Below, piece after piece: positions 27,148-36,829 of a stretch of 64,000 nt of DNA. Under the pieces are notes generated by a model, which saw only the letters and a list, made by a program, of their open reading frames with translations, ran no database searches and had not been told where the DNA came from. The DNA lies in assembly GCA_021825655.1 (NCBI GenBank), contig JAKAGU010000005.1, positions 12,400 through 76,399 on the forward strand, written 5' to 3'. Position 1 is the stretch's first letter; every line of letters begins with the position of its first letter. A program made the position numbers and the translations under genes. The stretch is from a bacterium. GTDB lineage: Bacteria; Patescibacteriota; Doudnabacteria; UBA920.

Positions 27148-27164
27148 ATTATAAGGAAACAAAA

Positions 27165-27611
27165 ATGAGATGCCCGAATTGCCAGGATGAGGACACCAAG
27201 GTCCTAGACAGCCGCCCCGTGGAAGACGGCAGTGCTATCAGGCGGCGGCGGGAATGCGAAAAATGCGGTTTTCGCTTCAGTACTTACGAAGAAATGGAAA
27301 TTTTGGACTTGTATGTTTTAAAGAAGGACGGCCGTAAGGAATTATATAGTAGGGAGAAGCTGGAGAAGGGAATTAGGCGGGCTTTTGAGAAACGGCCCCA
27401 TACCGATGATACTTTGAGAAAACTGGTTTCCGGCACAGAGCAGGAGATTTACAAGAAAGCCAAGGACAGCGTTATTAAGAGCACGGAGATTGGGGAGGCC
27501 TTGATGAAGCGGGTAAAGAAAGTCGATAAAATTGCCTATATCCGTTTTGCCTCCGTTTACCGTTGCTTTGAAGACGTGGACGAGTTCAAGGAAGAGCTAA
27601 AAAAACTTTAA
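27165..27611 (+). CDS. nrdR: transcriptional repressor NrdR
   Basis: N-terminal zinc ribbon (CPNCQ...CEKCG) and ATP-cone. Confidence 0.9.
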   Translation: MRCPNCQDEDTKVLDSRPVEDGSAIRRRRECEKCGFRFSTYEEMEILDLYVLKKDGRKELYSREKLEKGIRRAFEKRPHTDDTLRKLVSGTEQEIYKKAKDSVIKSTEIGEALMKRVKKVDKIAYIRFASVYRCFEDVDEFKEELKKL

Positions 27612-27686
27612 ACATTTTACTTTAAAAAAATTAACTAATCTGTCCGGCTTATTACGAGATTCCAAAAGGAGAGTTGGAACATCAAC

Positions 27687-30365
27687 ATGGCGGACGCGCA
27701 AACAAGCCATATGCAAACCAAAGAAAACCTGCAAGCCAGAAACAAAAACGCCCTGTCCGAATTAGGCGAGAAAATTTTTCTTGACCGCTACGCGGTGAAA
27801 GACGTAAGAAGAGCGACTTTGAACGTGGGCGACACAGTTATTGTCATGGTTAACGCCAAGACCGGTCAAAGGGAAATCGGCGTGATTGAAAGTTTGGATC
27901 AGGAGCACCGCGAAGCCATGGTCCGTTTGCGCGACGGCCAATTGGAGAAGCGGGCGTTCGAACACATGGACAAGCCTTTGGAGACCGTGCCCGAGCAGAT
28001 GTTTGAACGCGTGGCCAAGCATATGGCGAGCGTGGAGAAAACCCCGGAGAAGGTGCGGGAGTGGGAACAAAAATTTTATCAACTTATGGATGATTGGAAG
28101 TACACGCCGGGCGGAAGAATTTATTCCGGCGCGGGCTCCAGTAACCTGTCGTTCTACAACTGCTTCGTAATTCCCAGCCCGCATGACAGCCGGGGAGGGA
28201 TTTTTGAGACTTTGCGGCAGATGGCGGAAATTATGTCGCGCGGCGGCGGCGTGGGCATCAACGTTTCTTCCCTGCGCCCGCGCTACAGCTATGTTAAAGG
28301 CGTAAACGGAAGGTCTTCCGGCGCAGTGTCCTGGGCTTCGCTTTATAGTTTTGTGACCGGCCTGATTGAACAGGGTGGTTCAAGGCGCGGCGCGCTGATG
28401 TTAATTTTAAATGTCTGGCACCCGGATATTTTAGACTTCATTAATGCCAAGCGCGAGGCGGGCAAGATTACCAATGCCAACATTTCCGTAGGCATTACTG
28501 ACGATTTTATGCAGGCGGTGAAGGACGACGCTTCCTGGGATTTGGTTTTTCCGGACAACCATGACCCGCTGTATGAAGAACACTGGGACGGCAACATGCG
28601 CAAGTGGCAAAGTTTGGGCGGCAAGGTGATTAAATACAAGACCGTGCGTGCGGCTGATATTTGGACGCAGATTATTGAGTCTGCCCATGCTTCGGCCGAG
28701 CCGGGGGTGTACTTTATCGATCGAGCCGAGCATTTTTCCAATTCCTGGTATTTTTCCGCTTTGCCCTGCACCAACCCCTGTGGCGAACAGCCCTTGCCGG
28801 CCTGGGGCGTATGCAACTTGGGCCATGTCAATTTAGCCAAGCATATCAACAAGGAGACTGCGGAGGTAATGTGGAACGAACTGAAGTCTTCGGTCCAGTA
28901 TGCTGTGCGCTTCCAGGATAACGTAATTGATGCCACGCCGTATTTCTTTAAAGAGAATGAAGCTCAGCAGATGTCCGAACGGCGCATTGGCTTGGGCACC
29001 ATCGGCCTGGCTGAGATGCTTATTTACAAAGGCCTGCGCTACGGCAGCCCAGAGGCCGTGGAATTCATCGACAAGCTTTACCAGTTTATTTCCGTAACCG
29101 CTTACGAGACCAGCATTGAACTGGCGCGCGAAAAAGGCTCTTTCCCGAAATTCGATGCGGAAAAATATCTCCAGTCCGGCTTTATGAAGCAGATGCCGGA
29201 ATACATCCGCGATCTGGTCAGGCGCTACGGTATTCGCAATGTAACCATCCTGACCCAAGCGCCTACCGGCAGCGTGGGTACCATGGTGGGCACATCTACG
29301 GGCATTGAGCCGTTCTTCTCCTGGACCTATTTCAGAAAGAGCCGCATCGGCGTACACCAGGAAAAAATGCAAATCGCCCAGGACTGGCTGGATAAGCACC
29401 CCGGGCAGGATTTGCCAGCCTACTTTGCCACGGCCATGGACCTTATGCCCGAAGAGCACGTGCGCGTGCAGGCCGCCGTCCAAAAATGGACGGACAGCGC
29501 TATTTCCAAAACCGTAAATGCCCCGGCTGATTACACCGTGGAGCAAACCAAACAATTGTACACTTTGATGTTTGACTTGGGCTGCAAGGGCGGCACTATC
29601 TACCGCGACGGCTCGCGTGACGAACAGGTGCTGGCCACTGACCACAAAAAGCTGGGCAAGGAAGCCTCCAAGGAAGCGGAAAAACTGGTGCAGAAAATGG
29701 AAGGCGCGCCTGTGAGCGCCAAGCCCCAGGAAGTGCTGTCCACCTCCGGCGACAACATGCAGATTAAGATTGCGCCCCGCCAGCGCCCGGACATGATGCA
29801 GGGGATAACCTACCGCATGGACACGGCTTACGGAAAATTGTATGTGACAATCAACGAGGACGAGCAGGGTCCGTTTGAAGTCTTTGCCCAGATGGGCAAG
29901 TCCGGCGGCTTTTTCTCCGCGCAGACCGAAGCCATTACCCGGCTCATTTCTCTGGCTTTGCGTTCCAATGTGGCCATTGAAGAAGTTATCGATCAGTTAA
30001 AAGGCATCCGCGGCCCGGATGTCAGCTTCTCCGAACAGGGCATGGTGTTTTCTTTGCCCGACGCGGTGGCCAAAGTTTTGGAAAAGCATATTAAGCGCAG
30101 AGACAAACAGCTTGCCTTGGATTTACCTGCCGCTACCGATGCCCCGAACATTGCCGAAACTTTGGTGAAGGAAGAAGTCAAACAGCTGGTGGCGGAAAGC
30201 AACTCCCGTTTGGCCACCCAGGTTATTGCCCAAACGCAGAAAAAGCAGAAGATTTCTATTGCCAATTTGGGCAATGCGCCGGTGTGCCCCTCCTGCGCCA
30301 GCATGCTGGTCTTTGCCGAAGGCTGCATGAAGTGCGATTCCTGCGGCTACTCCAAATGCGGCTAA
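27687..30365 (+). CDS. nrdJ: class II (adenosylcobalamin-dependent) ribonucleotide reductase
   Basis: Active-site region NPCGEQPLPAWGVCNLGHVNLAKH, 10-stranded-barrel layout, C-terminal Cys-rich tail CPSCASMLVF...CMKCDSCG. Confidence 0.9.
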   Translation: MADAQTSHMQTKENLQARNKNALSELGEKIFLDRYAVKDVRRATLNVGDTVIVMVNAKTGQREIGVIESLDQEHREAMVRLRDGQLEKRAFEHMDKPLETVPEQMFERVAKHMASVEKTPEKVREWEQKFYQLMDDWKYTPGGRIYSGAGSSNLSFYNCFVIPSPHDSRGGIFETLRQMAEIMSRGGGVGINVSSLRPRYSYVKGVNGRSSGAVSWASLYSFVTGLIEQGGSRRGALMLILNVWHPDILDFINAKREAGKITNANISVGITDDFMQAVKDDASWDLVFPDNHDPLYEEHWDGNMRKWQSLGGKVIKYKTVRAADIWTQIIESAHASAEPGVYFIDRAEHFSNSWYFSALPCTNPCGEQPLPAWGVCNLGHVNLAKHINKETAEVMWNELKSSVQYAVRFQDNVIDATPYFFKENEAQQMSERRIGLGTIGLAEMLIYKGLRYGSPEAVEFIDKLYQFISVTAYETSIELAREKGSFPKFDAEKYLQSGFMKQMPEYIRDLVRRYGIRNVTILTQAPTGSVGTMVGTSTGIEPFFSWTYFRKSRIGVHQEKMQIAQDWLDKHPGQDLPAYFATAMDLMPEEHVRVQAAVQKWTDSAISKTVNAPADYTVEQTKQLYTLMFDLGCKGGTIYRDGSRDEQVLATDHKKLGKEASKEAEKLVQKMEGAPVSAKPQEVLSTSGDNMQIKIAPRQRPDMMQGITYRMDTAYGKLYVTINEDEQGPFEVFAQMGKSGGFFSAQTEAITRLISLALRSNVAIEEVIDQLKGIRGPDVSFSEQGMVFSLPDAVAKVLEKHIKRRDKQLALDLPAATDAPNIAETLVKEEVKQLVAESNSRLATQVIAQTQKKQKISIANLGNAPVCPSCASMLVFAEGCMKCDSCGYSKCG

Positions 30366-30419
30366 TTGAAGCAGAAATTTAAGATTTGATGGGCGGCGGG
30401 CAACCGCCGCCCAAAAAAT

Positions 30420-31046
30420 ATGAGCACAAAACAAAAAATTAAAATGCCTACGGAGTTTTCTGCCGAGCCCAAGGGCCTGGTGATTGCCTATATCGGCGCG
30501 GGCAAGGGCAAGACTACGGCGGCCATGGGTATGGCAGCGCGCGCGGCTGGCGCGGGCATGGATGTGTTTGTCTTGCAGTTTGTGAAGGCAAAAAAGGAAA
30601 CGGGCAATAATAAGGAAAAAGGCGAGTGGCCGCTGTCTTCGGAGATTGATTTTTTTAACGCCGTCAGCTACCCGTCCAGTATTGGCAGCATAGAGAACCA
30701 GCAGATGGGCCTGGGCTTTGTGGGGATTTTGGGCGACGAGAAAGCCCGGCAGGAGCATGTGCGGGAAGCTCTACAGGGTTTGGAGCGCGCGCGGGAGCTG
30801 ATGCTTTCCGGCCGCTACCAGCTCCTGGTGCTGGATGAGCTAATTTCCGCCCTGGAGGTTAAACTGATTGAAGAGCGGGACATTGTGGACCTCATCAAAC
30901 TTAAGCCCAAGGACATGCATCTTGTCTTGACCGGGCACAACAAATACCCTAAAATTTTAGCATTGTGCGATTTGGTGACGGAGATGAAAATGATTAAGCA
31001 CCCGTACTACAAGGGCATTTTGGCCCAGCGGGGGATTGACTACTGA
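30420..31046 (+). CDS. btuR: cob(I)alamin adenosyltransferase, CobA/CobO/BtuR type
   Basis: P-loop GAGKGKTTAAMG and C-terminal HPYYKGI motif of the CobA family. Confidence 0.85.
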   Translation: MSTKQKIKMPTEFSAEPKGLVIAYIGAGKGKTTAAMGMAARAAGAGMDVFVLQFVKAKKETGNNKEKGEWPLSSEIDFFNAVSYPSSIGSIENQQMGLGFVGILGDEKARQEHVREALQGLERARELMLSGRYQLLVLDELISALEVKLIEERDIVDLIKLKPKDMHLVLTGHNKYPKILALCDLVTEMKMIKHPYYKGILAQRGIDY

Positions 31047-31049
31047 CAT

Positions 31050-31574
31050 ATGAAAAAAAAGTTTTTATACGCAGCGCTATTGGTGTCCTTGCTGGCTGCA
31101 GGCTGCAACAAAAAAGCGGAAGCGCCACAGCCCGCGCCTGAAGCGAGCCCCCCGGTCCAAAAGCAGGCGCAGAAGCCTGCGGGCCAAACCCAGACCGTAC
31201 AGAACGCGGGTAGGCCGGACTATCATCCGAATCCCCCCCAGCCCGGCGCGGTTCAGCCGCAGCTTGCGGGGCTGACAGTCTACCAAACCGTCCAGGGGTC
31301 CAACCTTAACAGCCCCAGCTACCAGGTGGCGGAAAACACAACAGCCTTGGCCTTTTTAAAAGTCAGCCATAAGGTGGTAACCAAAGATTACGGCAGTTTG
31401 GGGGAGATGGTCACGAGCATAGACGGCATTGCTCCGCGGCTGGACCAGTTTTGGGCCTTTTATGTGAACGGCAAATTGGCCAATCTGGGCGCGGGCAGCT
31501 ATACTTTAAAAAATAACGACAAGCTGGAGTGGAAGCTTAATAGCGTAAATTCTTATCAACCTAACAGCCAATAA
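31050..31574 (+). CDS. lipoprotein with a DUF4430-like domain (putative B12-binding)
   Basis: Lipobox LLAAGC; C-terminal domain resembles DUF4430, which accompanies cobalamin uptake systems. Confidence 0.6.
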   Translation: MKKKFLYAALLVSLLAAGCNKKAEAPQPAPEASPPVQKQAQKPAGQTQTVQNAGRPDYHPNPPQPGAVQPQLAGLTVYQTVQGSNLNSPSYQVAENTTALAFLKVSHKVVTKDYGSLGEMVTSIDGIAPRLDQFWAFYVNGKLANLGAGSYTLKNNDKLEWKLNSVNSYQPNSQ

Positions 31575-31577
31575 ACC

Positions 31578-32090
31578 ATGATTGTATATTTGCTTATAAT
31601 TGCCATTGCCGCAGTCTCCCGCTTTGTTCCCCACATACCGAATTTCGCGCCCATCACCGCGCTGGCGATTTTCAGCGCCGTGTACCTGCCCAAAAAACAG
31701 GCGATTGTCATACCTTTGGCCGCGCGTTTTGTTTCCGATTTGTTCATTGGGTTTTTTGCCTGGCCACTGATGCTGGCCGTTTATGCCTCCCATCTTTTGG
31801 GGGTATTGTTCGGTCTTTGGATAAAGCGCGACAGCCAGAACCGCTGGCTGAAAATTTTTGCTTCCTCGCTCGGCGCTTCCTTGTTGTTTTTTGCCATTAC
31901 TAATTTTGCTTTTTTGTACGCGCAGTACCCGCACAACCTGTCCGGTATAATTCAGGCCTACGAGGCCGGGCTGCCTTTCCTGCGAGGTACGGTTTTGGGC
32001 GACCTTACATACAGCACAGCCCTGTTCGGGGCTTATGGTCTGGTTACCAGCCTTGCGGCCAGCCGGCAGTTAGTAAAAAAACCTCTCTAA
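31578..32090 (+). CDS. ECF-transporter substrate-capture (S) component, possibly cobalamin-specific
   Basis: About 170 aa with 5-6 TM helices typical of ECF S-components; specificity is inferred from the adjacent B12 genes. Confidence 0.5.
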   Translation: MIVYLLIIAIAAVSRFVPHIPNFAPITALAIFSAVYLPKKQAIVIPLAARFVSDLFIGFFAWPLMLAVYASHLLGVLFGLWIKRDSQNRWLKIFASSLGASLLFFAITNFAFLYAQYPHNLSGIIQAYEAGLPFLRGTVLGDLTYSTALFGAYGLVTSLAASRQLVKKPL

Positions 32091-32107
32091 AGTAGAGGTT
32101 TTATTTT

Positions 32108-33016
32108 ATGAATCCGGAAAATAAAAATTACGGCCAGGAGCGCCAGAAACCCGGGGAGTATGGGGAGCAGGCCAGGGACTATCCGCTTCATTTAAAAAAA
32201 ATTCACGATGAGATGGAAAGGGATTTGAAATTCAATCCCGAAGCTTTCGGCTACGGTCCGGTGTTCCACCTTAAAACTTCCAAAGGCATGGAAGTTCAGG
32301 TAAAAACGTTCCATTTTGACAAGCAAAACTCCAGTATCAGGCCTATTCCGGGAGATTACCAAAAGTACCGGCGGAGCTATTTGGTTGCCACCGATGCGCA
32401 GGGCGTCATTCTGGGCAACCGCATGATGCGCACTTATTATTACGGGGCCGATCACCCCGGATCAAGAATTGAAACGAGCGGGGAGATTACCACCCGGTAC
32501 CGGGGCTTGGGCTTGTCCGCGGCCATTGATTTGGCCAACCGGGAACTTTTACAAGATGAAGTTGACCATGTTGGCGGGACTTTGAGGTGGGGGATAATCA
32601 ACGGCAACAGGATGGATTTATCCAAATTAAAAAAACCCAAGTCCAAGGTTCCGGGGTTAGTTGAGGCGCCGGCAGGGTTCGCCCCTACGGACAGCGATGT
32701 CAGGGAAAAGGAGGCCGAGCAGGATAGGTGGCAGAATTTATACGGGCCAATGGGAAAATTGGGTGCTTACAGTTCAACCAGCCCGGATGAAGACGATTTT
32801 GAGATTGTATTGGCCGCGCGACGTGTTCCTCAAAATTTAGACAGGGCCAGCGACGTATGGCTGGAGCGGGATTTGGGCGAAACCATAGAAGAGCCTAAGA
32901 TAAAAAATCTTATGCTGGAGAGAGATGGAATCGCGCAGGCGGCCCGGGCGGACAAACTAGAAGAGTTTAAGCGTTTGAGTAAGCAAATGCAGGAGATTTT
33001 GGAAAATGCCGGGTGA
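32108..33016 (+). CDS. hypothetical protein (302 aa)
   Basis: ORF with unremarkable codon usage; no recognisable motif. Confidence 0.5.
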   Translation: MNPENKNYGQERQKPGEYGEQARDYPLHLKKIHDEMERDLKFNPEAFGYGPVFHLKTSKGMEVQVKTFHFDKQNSSIRPIPGDYQKYRRSYLVATDAQGVILGNRMMRTYYYGADHPGSRIETSGEITTRYRGLGLSAAIDLANRELLQDEVDHVGGTLRWGIINGNRMDLSKLKKPKSKVPGLVEAPAGFAPTDSDVREKEAEQDRWQNLYGPMGKLGAYSSTSPDEDDFEIVLAARRVPQNLDRASDVWLERDLGETIEEPKIKNLMLERDGIAQAARADKLEEFKRLSKQMQEILENAG

Positions 33017-33452
33017 CCTCAGTTTAAAAAAAGGCCAGGATTATATCGGAGTTACGGCCGTGTATTTTTGCCATGATGGGCAAGGCAGTTTTGTGATGGC
33101 CAAGCGGTCGAAAAACGCGCGCGATGAGCATGGCCGGTGGGACATTGGGGCCGGGGGCGTAGAGTTTGGCGATTCAGTGGAGAATACGCTGAAGAAAGAA
33201 ATTATGGAAGAGTACTGCACCGATGTTTTGGGGTTTGAATTTTTGGGCTTCCGCGACGTACACCGGGAGGAGGCCGGCCGGCCGACGCACTGGATCGCGC
33301 TGGACTTTAAGGTTTTGGTCGACCGGAAGAAGGTAAAAATCGGCGAGCCGCATAAGTTTGATGAATTGAAATGGTTCAGGCTTGCTGACCTGCCCGCAAA
33401 CCTGCATTCACAACTGCCTTATTTTTTGGAAAAGTACAAAGAGAGGCTATGA
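33006..33452 (+). CDS. NUDIX hydrolase
   Basis: Nudix box GGVEFGDSVENTLKKEIMEE. Confidence 0.8.
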   Translation: MPGDLSLKKGQDYIGVTAVYFCHDGQGSFVMAKRSKNARDEHGRWDIGAGGVEFGDSVENTLKKEIMEEYCTDVLGFEFLGFRDVHREEAGRPTHWIALDFKVLVDRKKVKIGEPHKFDELKWFRLADLPANLHSQLPYFLEKYKERL

Positions 33453-33667
33453 GAGTAACAGTTTTTGTCCACCCTAATTCCCGAAAGCCGCGCGTGGAAA
33501 CCGATTTGCTGGGGGATTTACATGTGCACGTTAATGCGCCGCCCTTGGAGGGGCGGGCCAATCAGGCCACGGCCATGGCTCTCGCCGAATATTTTAAAGT
33601 AGCCAAGTCGAGGGTTGTATTGGTGCGCGGCGCCAAAGCCAAACAAAAAACTTTTGAAATAAGTTAA
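33449..33667 (+). CDS. DUF167 (YggU) family protein
   Basis: Characteristic 72-aa YggU fold sequence; overlaps the preceding stop codon. Confidence 0.75.
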   Translation: MRVTVFVHPNSRKPRVETDLLGDLHVHVNAPPLEGRANQATAMALAEYFKVAKSRVVLVRGAKAKQKTFEIS

Positions 33668-33671
33668 GGGT

Positions 33672-35093
33672 ATGACCAAGAGCAGAATTTTTATTGCCGT
33701 CTGCGCCAGTTTTGCCGCAGGCGTGTTTTTGTCATCCTGGCTGAAAGTTGACGCGCATGCCACGGCTTTGTTGCTGGGCCTTTCCATAATGGCCTTGTCT
33801 TTGGGACTTGTAAGCCGGCGCCCGCTGGTTTTTTTGCCCCCTCTGCTGCTTTTTGCGGGCAGCTTGGGGGTGTTAAGGCTGCAGTGGTCGCTCATGGAAA
33901 ATGAATATGCAAATTTGCTTGACGCTAAGCAGGATTTGGACGGGCTGATTGTGGAGGATCCGGACATCAGGCAAGACCGCCAGCTGCTTACTTTTCAGCC
34001 CGAGGGCTTTGGGCAAAGAATCCTTATTACCACCAGCAAAGCCCAGGAATATTTTTATGGCGACAAGCTGGTGGTGACGGGGAAGCCCAGGGAGCCAAAG
34101 GCTTATGAGGATTTTGACTACCAAAAATATTTGGAACGCTACGAAGTCTATGCGATTATGAGCTATCCGAAAATTTTGGTTACCAGGACCGGACAGGGCA
34201 ATTGGGTAAAGTTCCAGCTGCTAAAACTGAAGCAGGCATTGGTAAAAGATTTATCGGAGAAATTTGCCGAACCTCACGCCAGTTTGCTTCTGGGTATTTT
34301 GATAGGCGCGAAAAAAACCTTGCCTCAAGACTTGGTTGCCAAATTTCAGGCCACCGGGCTGAGCCATATTGTGGCCGTGTCCGGCTATAATATCACTATC
34401 CTCGCTTCGTTTTTGGGCCTGGCCGCCTACCTGCTGGGGCGCCGGGCGAGTTTTTGGTTTTCGCTTTTGGCCATATTTGCCTTTGCGGTAATTGCCGGCT
34501 GGTCGGCTTCCGTGGTACGCGCGGCAATTATGGGGGCTGTGCTGCTGGTCGGCTTTTGGAGCGGCCGGCCGTATTCGGCCGGGCCCGGCATCTGTTTGGC
34601 GGCAGCCGTGATGGTAGCCTTTAACCCCCGCGTGTTGTACTGGGATGCGGGGTTTCAATTGTCTTTTTTGGCCACGTTCGGCATTGTTTATGCCTTGCCG
34701 GTTTTGGAAAAGTTTTTCCGTTTGGAAGCCGGCGCTGCGGGGCTTAAAGCGGCTGCCCTGTCTTCCCTGGCGGCCATCTTGGCTACGCTGCCCTTGAGCC
34801 TGTTGCATTTTGGCCAGCTGCCGGTTTATGCGCTTTTGGCCAATATTCTTGTTTTGCCTGCTGTGCCCTATGCCATGCTGTTTGGGTTTTTGGCCCTTGT
34901 TCCTTTTTTTGGCCCGGGTTTTGGCTTTGTAGCCAAGCTGATTTTGGATTATATGCTGGCGATTATTGGCTGGGTAGCCTCCTGGCCGGGCGCAGTCTGG
35001 AAGGTGAGCGTGGCGCCCGCAGCGGTTTTTGCTGTTTATTTGGTCCTGCTGGCCGTATTTTTTTGGGGACTGAGAAAAAGCCGCCCGGGTTGA
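33672..35093 (+). CDS. comEC: ComEC/Rec2-family DNA internalisation channel (competence domain only)
   Basis: Polytopic membrane protein with the competence motif FQATGLSHIVAVSGYNITIL. Confidence 0.8.
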   Translation: MTKSRIFIAVCASFAAGVFLSSWLKVDAHATALLLGLSIMALSLGLVSRRPLVFLPPLLLFAGSLGVLRLQWSLMENEYANLLDAKQDLDGLIVEDPDIRQDRQLLTFQPEGFGQRILITTSKAQEYFYGDKLVVTGKPREPKAYEDFDYQKYLERYEVYAIMSYPKILVTRTGQGNWVKFQLLKLKQALVKDLSEKFAEPHASLLLGILIGAKKTLPQDLVAKFQATGLSHIVAVSGYNITILASFLGLAAYLLGRRASFWFSLLAIFAFAVIAGWSASVVRAAIMGAVLLVGFWSGRPYSAGPGICLAAAVMVAFNPRVLYWDAGFQLSFLATFGIVYALPVLEKFFRLEAGAAGLKAAALSSLAAILATLPLSLLHFGQLPVYALLANILVLPAVPYAMLFGFLALVPFFGPGFGFVAKLILDYMLAIIGWVASWPGAVWKVSVAPAAVFAVYLVLLAVFFWGLRKSRPG

Positions 35094-35156
35094 AACTCGG
35101 CACGGGTTTATGGTAAACTGCTATAGCTATGTTCAAGTATTAATTCTGCGTAAAAA

Positions 35157-35870
35157 ATGACAAATAAAACCCTGTATATTTTAATTGCTTTAATTTTACT
35201 ATTAGCCGCCGGTCTGTTTGCGTACCGCTTTTATTCTCCAGCTGAAAAAACGGAGCAGCTGTCGCAAAGCGAATCGCCGTCAGAGCCCAAAGAACCCGTG
35301 CCTACAAGCACTCAACCCACTATGCAACCAACCCAACCCCAAACCCCAACTTCTTCCCCAACAGCGGCCAAGCCCTGCCCAGAGCAGAAAGTCTGTGCGG
35401 AAATCAGCGTAAAGAATTTCGGAGTAATGAAGCTGGAGCTTGATCCGGTGGCCGCCCCAAAAACCGTGGCCAATTTTGTGAAGCTGGCTAACGAAGGTTT
35501 TTATAACGGCCTGACTTTCCACCGCATTGCCAAGGATTTTGTAATCCAGGGCGGCGACCCGAAAGGGGACGGTACGGGCGGTCCGGGCTATACTGTGCCG
35601 GCGGAAATAAAACTGCTGCACAAAAAAGGCGCAATTGCCATGGCCCGCCTGGGCGACCAGGTTAATCCGAAACGCGACTCCAGCGGCAGCCAGTTCTATA
35701 TCGCCTTGAACGATTTGCCCCAGCTGGACGGCCAGTACACGGTGTTTGGTTACGTGGTGCAGGGTATGGATGTGGCGGAAAAAATCGGTCAGGTGCCAAT
35801 TGATTCGCCTTATGGCGACGGCGCGCCCAAGGAAAAGGTGGTTATTGAAAGCATTAAAATTTTAAAATAG
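35157..35870 (+). CDS. cyclophilin-type peptidyl-prolyl isomerase with an N-terminal TM and Pro/Thr-rich linker
   Basis: [15 protein letters not shown]...GTGGPGY cyclophilin core. Confidence 0.85.
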   Translation: MTNKTLYILIALILLLAAGLFAYRFYSPAEKTEQLSQSESPSEPKEPVPTSTQPTMQPTQPQTPTSSPTAAKPCPEQKVCAEISVKNFGVMKLELDPVAAPKTVANFVKLANEGFYNGLTFHRIAKDFVIQGGDPKGDGTGGPGYTVPAEIKLLHKKGAIAMARLGDQVNPKRDSSGSQFYIALNDLPQLDGQYTVFGYVVQGMDVAEKIGQVPIDSPYGDGAPKEKVVIESIKILK

Positions 35871-35891
35871 GCATTAATTTTTAGGAAAACC

Positions 35892-36494
35892 ATGACGGAG
35901 ATTCATAAGACAATCAAACAGGAAAAAACTTTAGTATTGGTTAAGCCCGACGGCGTGAAGCGCGGCCTGGTCGGCGAGGTGGTCCACCGCATTGAGAAGC
36001 GCGGTTTGAAAGTGGTAGCCATGAAAATGGTCCAGGTTGGCCGCGAGCATTTGGAAAACCATTTTCCCAAAAGCGAAGAGTGGGTTGAGCGTTTGGGCAA
36101 CAAGACTTTGAAAACTTTTACCGAATACCAGATTGACCCGGTGGAAGCCCAGGGCACGGCCGATCCCAAAGAACTCGGCAAAATGGTCAAGGAAAGCCTG
36201 TTTGAATACCTCCAGTCCGGCCCCGTGGTGGCCATGGTTATAGAAGGCATTCACGCCATAGACATGGTCAGGAAGCTGGCGGGCAACACTTTGCCGGTGT
36301 TTGCGGAAATGGGCACGATTCGGGGCGACTACTCCGTGGACAGCCCGTCTGTCGCCAACGTGGAGCGCCGCGCCATCCACAACATTATGCATGCCTCGGA
36401 GACCAAGGAAGAGGCCGGCAATGAAATTAATCTGTGGTTTAAGCCCGATGAGATTCACGATTATAAACGCGCTGAAGAAGATATTATGTTCTAA
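35892..36494 (+). CDS. ndk: nucleoside diphosphate kinase (long variant)
   Basis: LVLVKPDGVKRGLVGEVV and the catalytic His region NIMHASE. Confidence 0.85.
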   Translation: MTEIHKTIKQEKTLVLVKPDGVKRGLVGEVVHRIEKRGLKVVAMKMVQVGREHLENHFPKSEEWVERLGNKTLKTFTEYQIDPVEAQGTADPKELGKMVKESLFEYLQSGPVVAMVIEGIHAIDMVRKLAGNTLPVFAEMGTIRGDYSVDSPSVANVERRAIHNIMHASETKEEAGNEINLWFKPDEIHDYKRAEEDIMF

Positions 36495-36551
36495 AAAACT
36501 CCCGCCCCAAAAGGCGGGTTTTTTTAAACCCCAAATGAAAGGAGGGCAGAT

Positions 36552-36764
36552 ATGCCCAAGGTCAGGGCAGTTGTGGTGAGAAGCGCGGAAGCAGGGCTGG
36601 GTTTTGCCGAAAAACACGGCTACCCCATCCTCGTTAAGTCAGCATTTTCGCTTCAGTGGTCGGCGACAGCCGAAGACTCCGGCGAACTGGTCCGCTTGGT
36701 GGAGGAAGGCCTGAGGCTTTCTCCCATCGGCGAAGTGTCGGTGGAAAAGGCCCAAGTGGCCTGA
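36552..36764 (+). pseudogene. possible remnant of an ATP-grasp enzyme gene (70-aa ORF)
   Basis: VRSAEAGLGFAEKHGYPILVKS resembles the ATP-grasp segment (xxEEAxxFAEKIGYPVxIKA) but lacks the Gly-rich loop; enclosed by two terminators. Confidence 0.25.
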
Positions 36765-36829
36765 GCAAAAAAGCCGCCGGCAGTTGTCCGGCGGCTCAAC
36801 TCTTTTTTGTTTTTTAGTTCAAAGACGGA

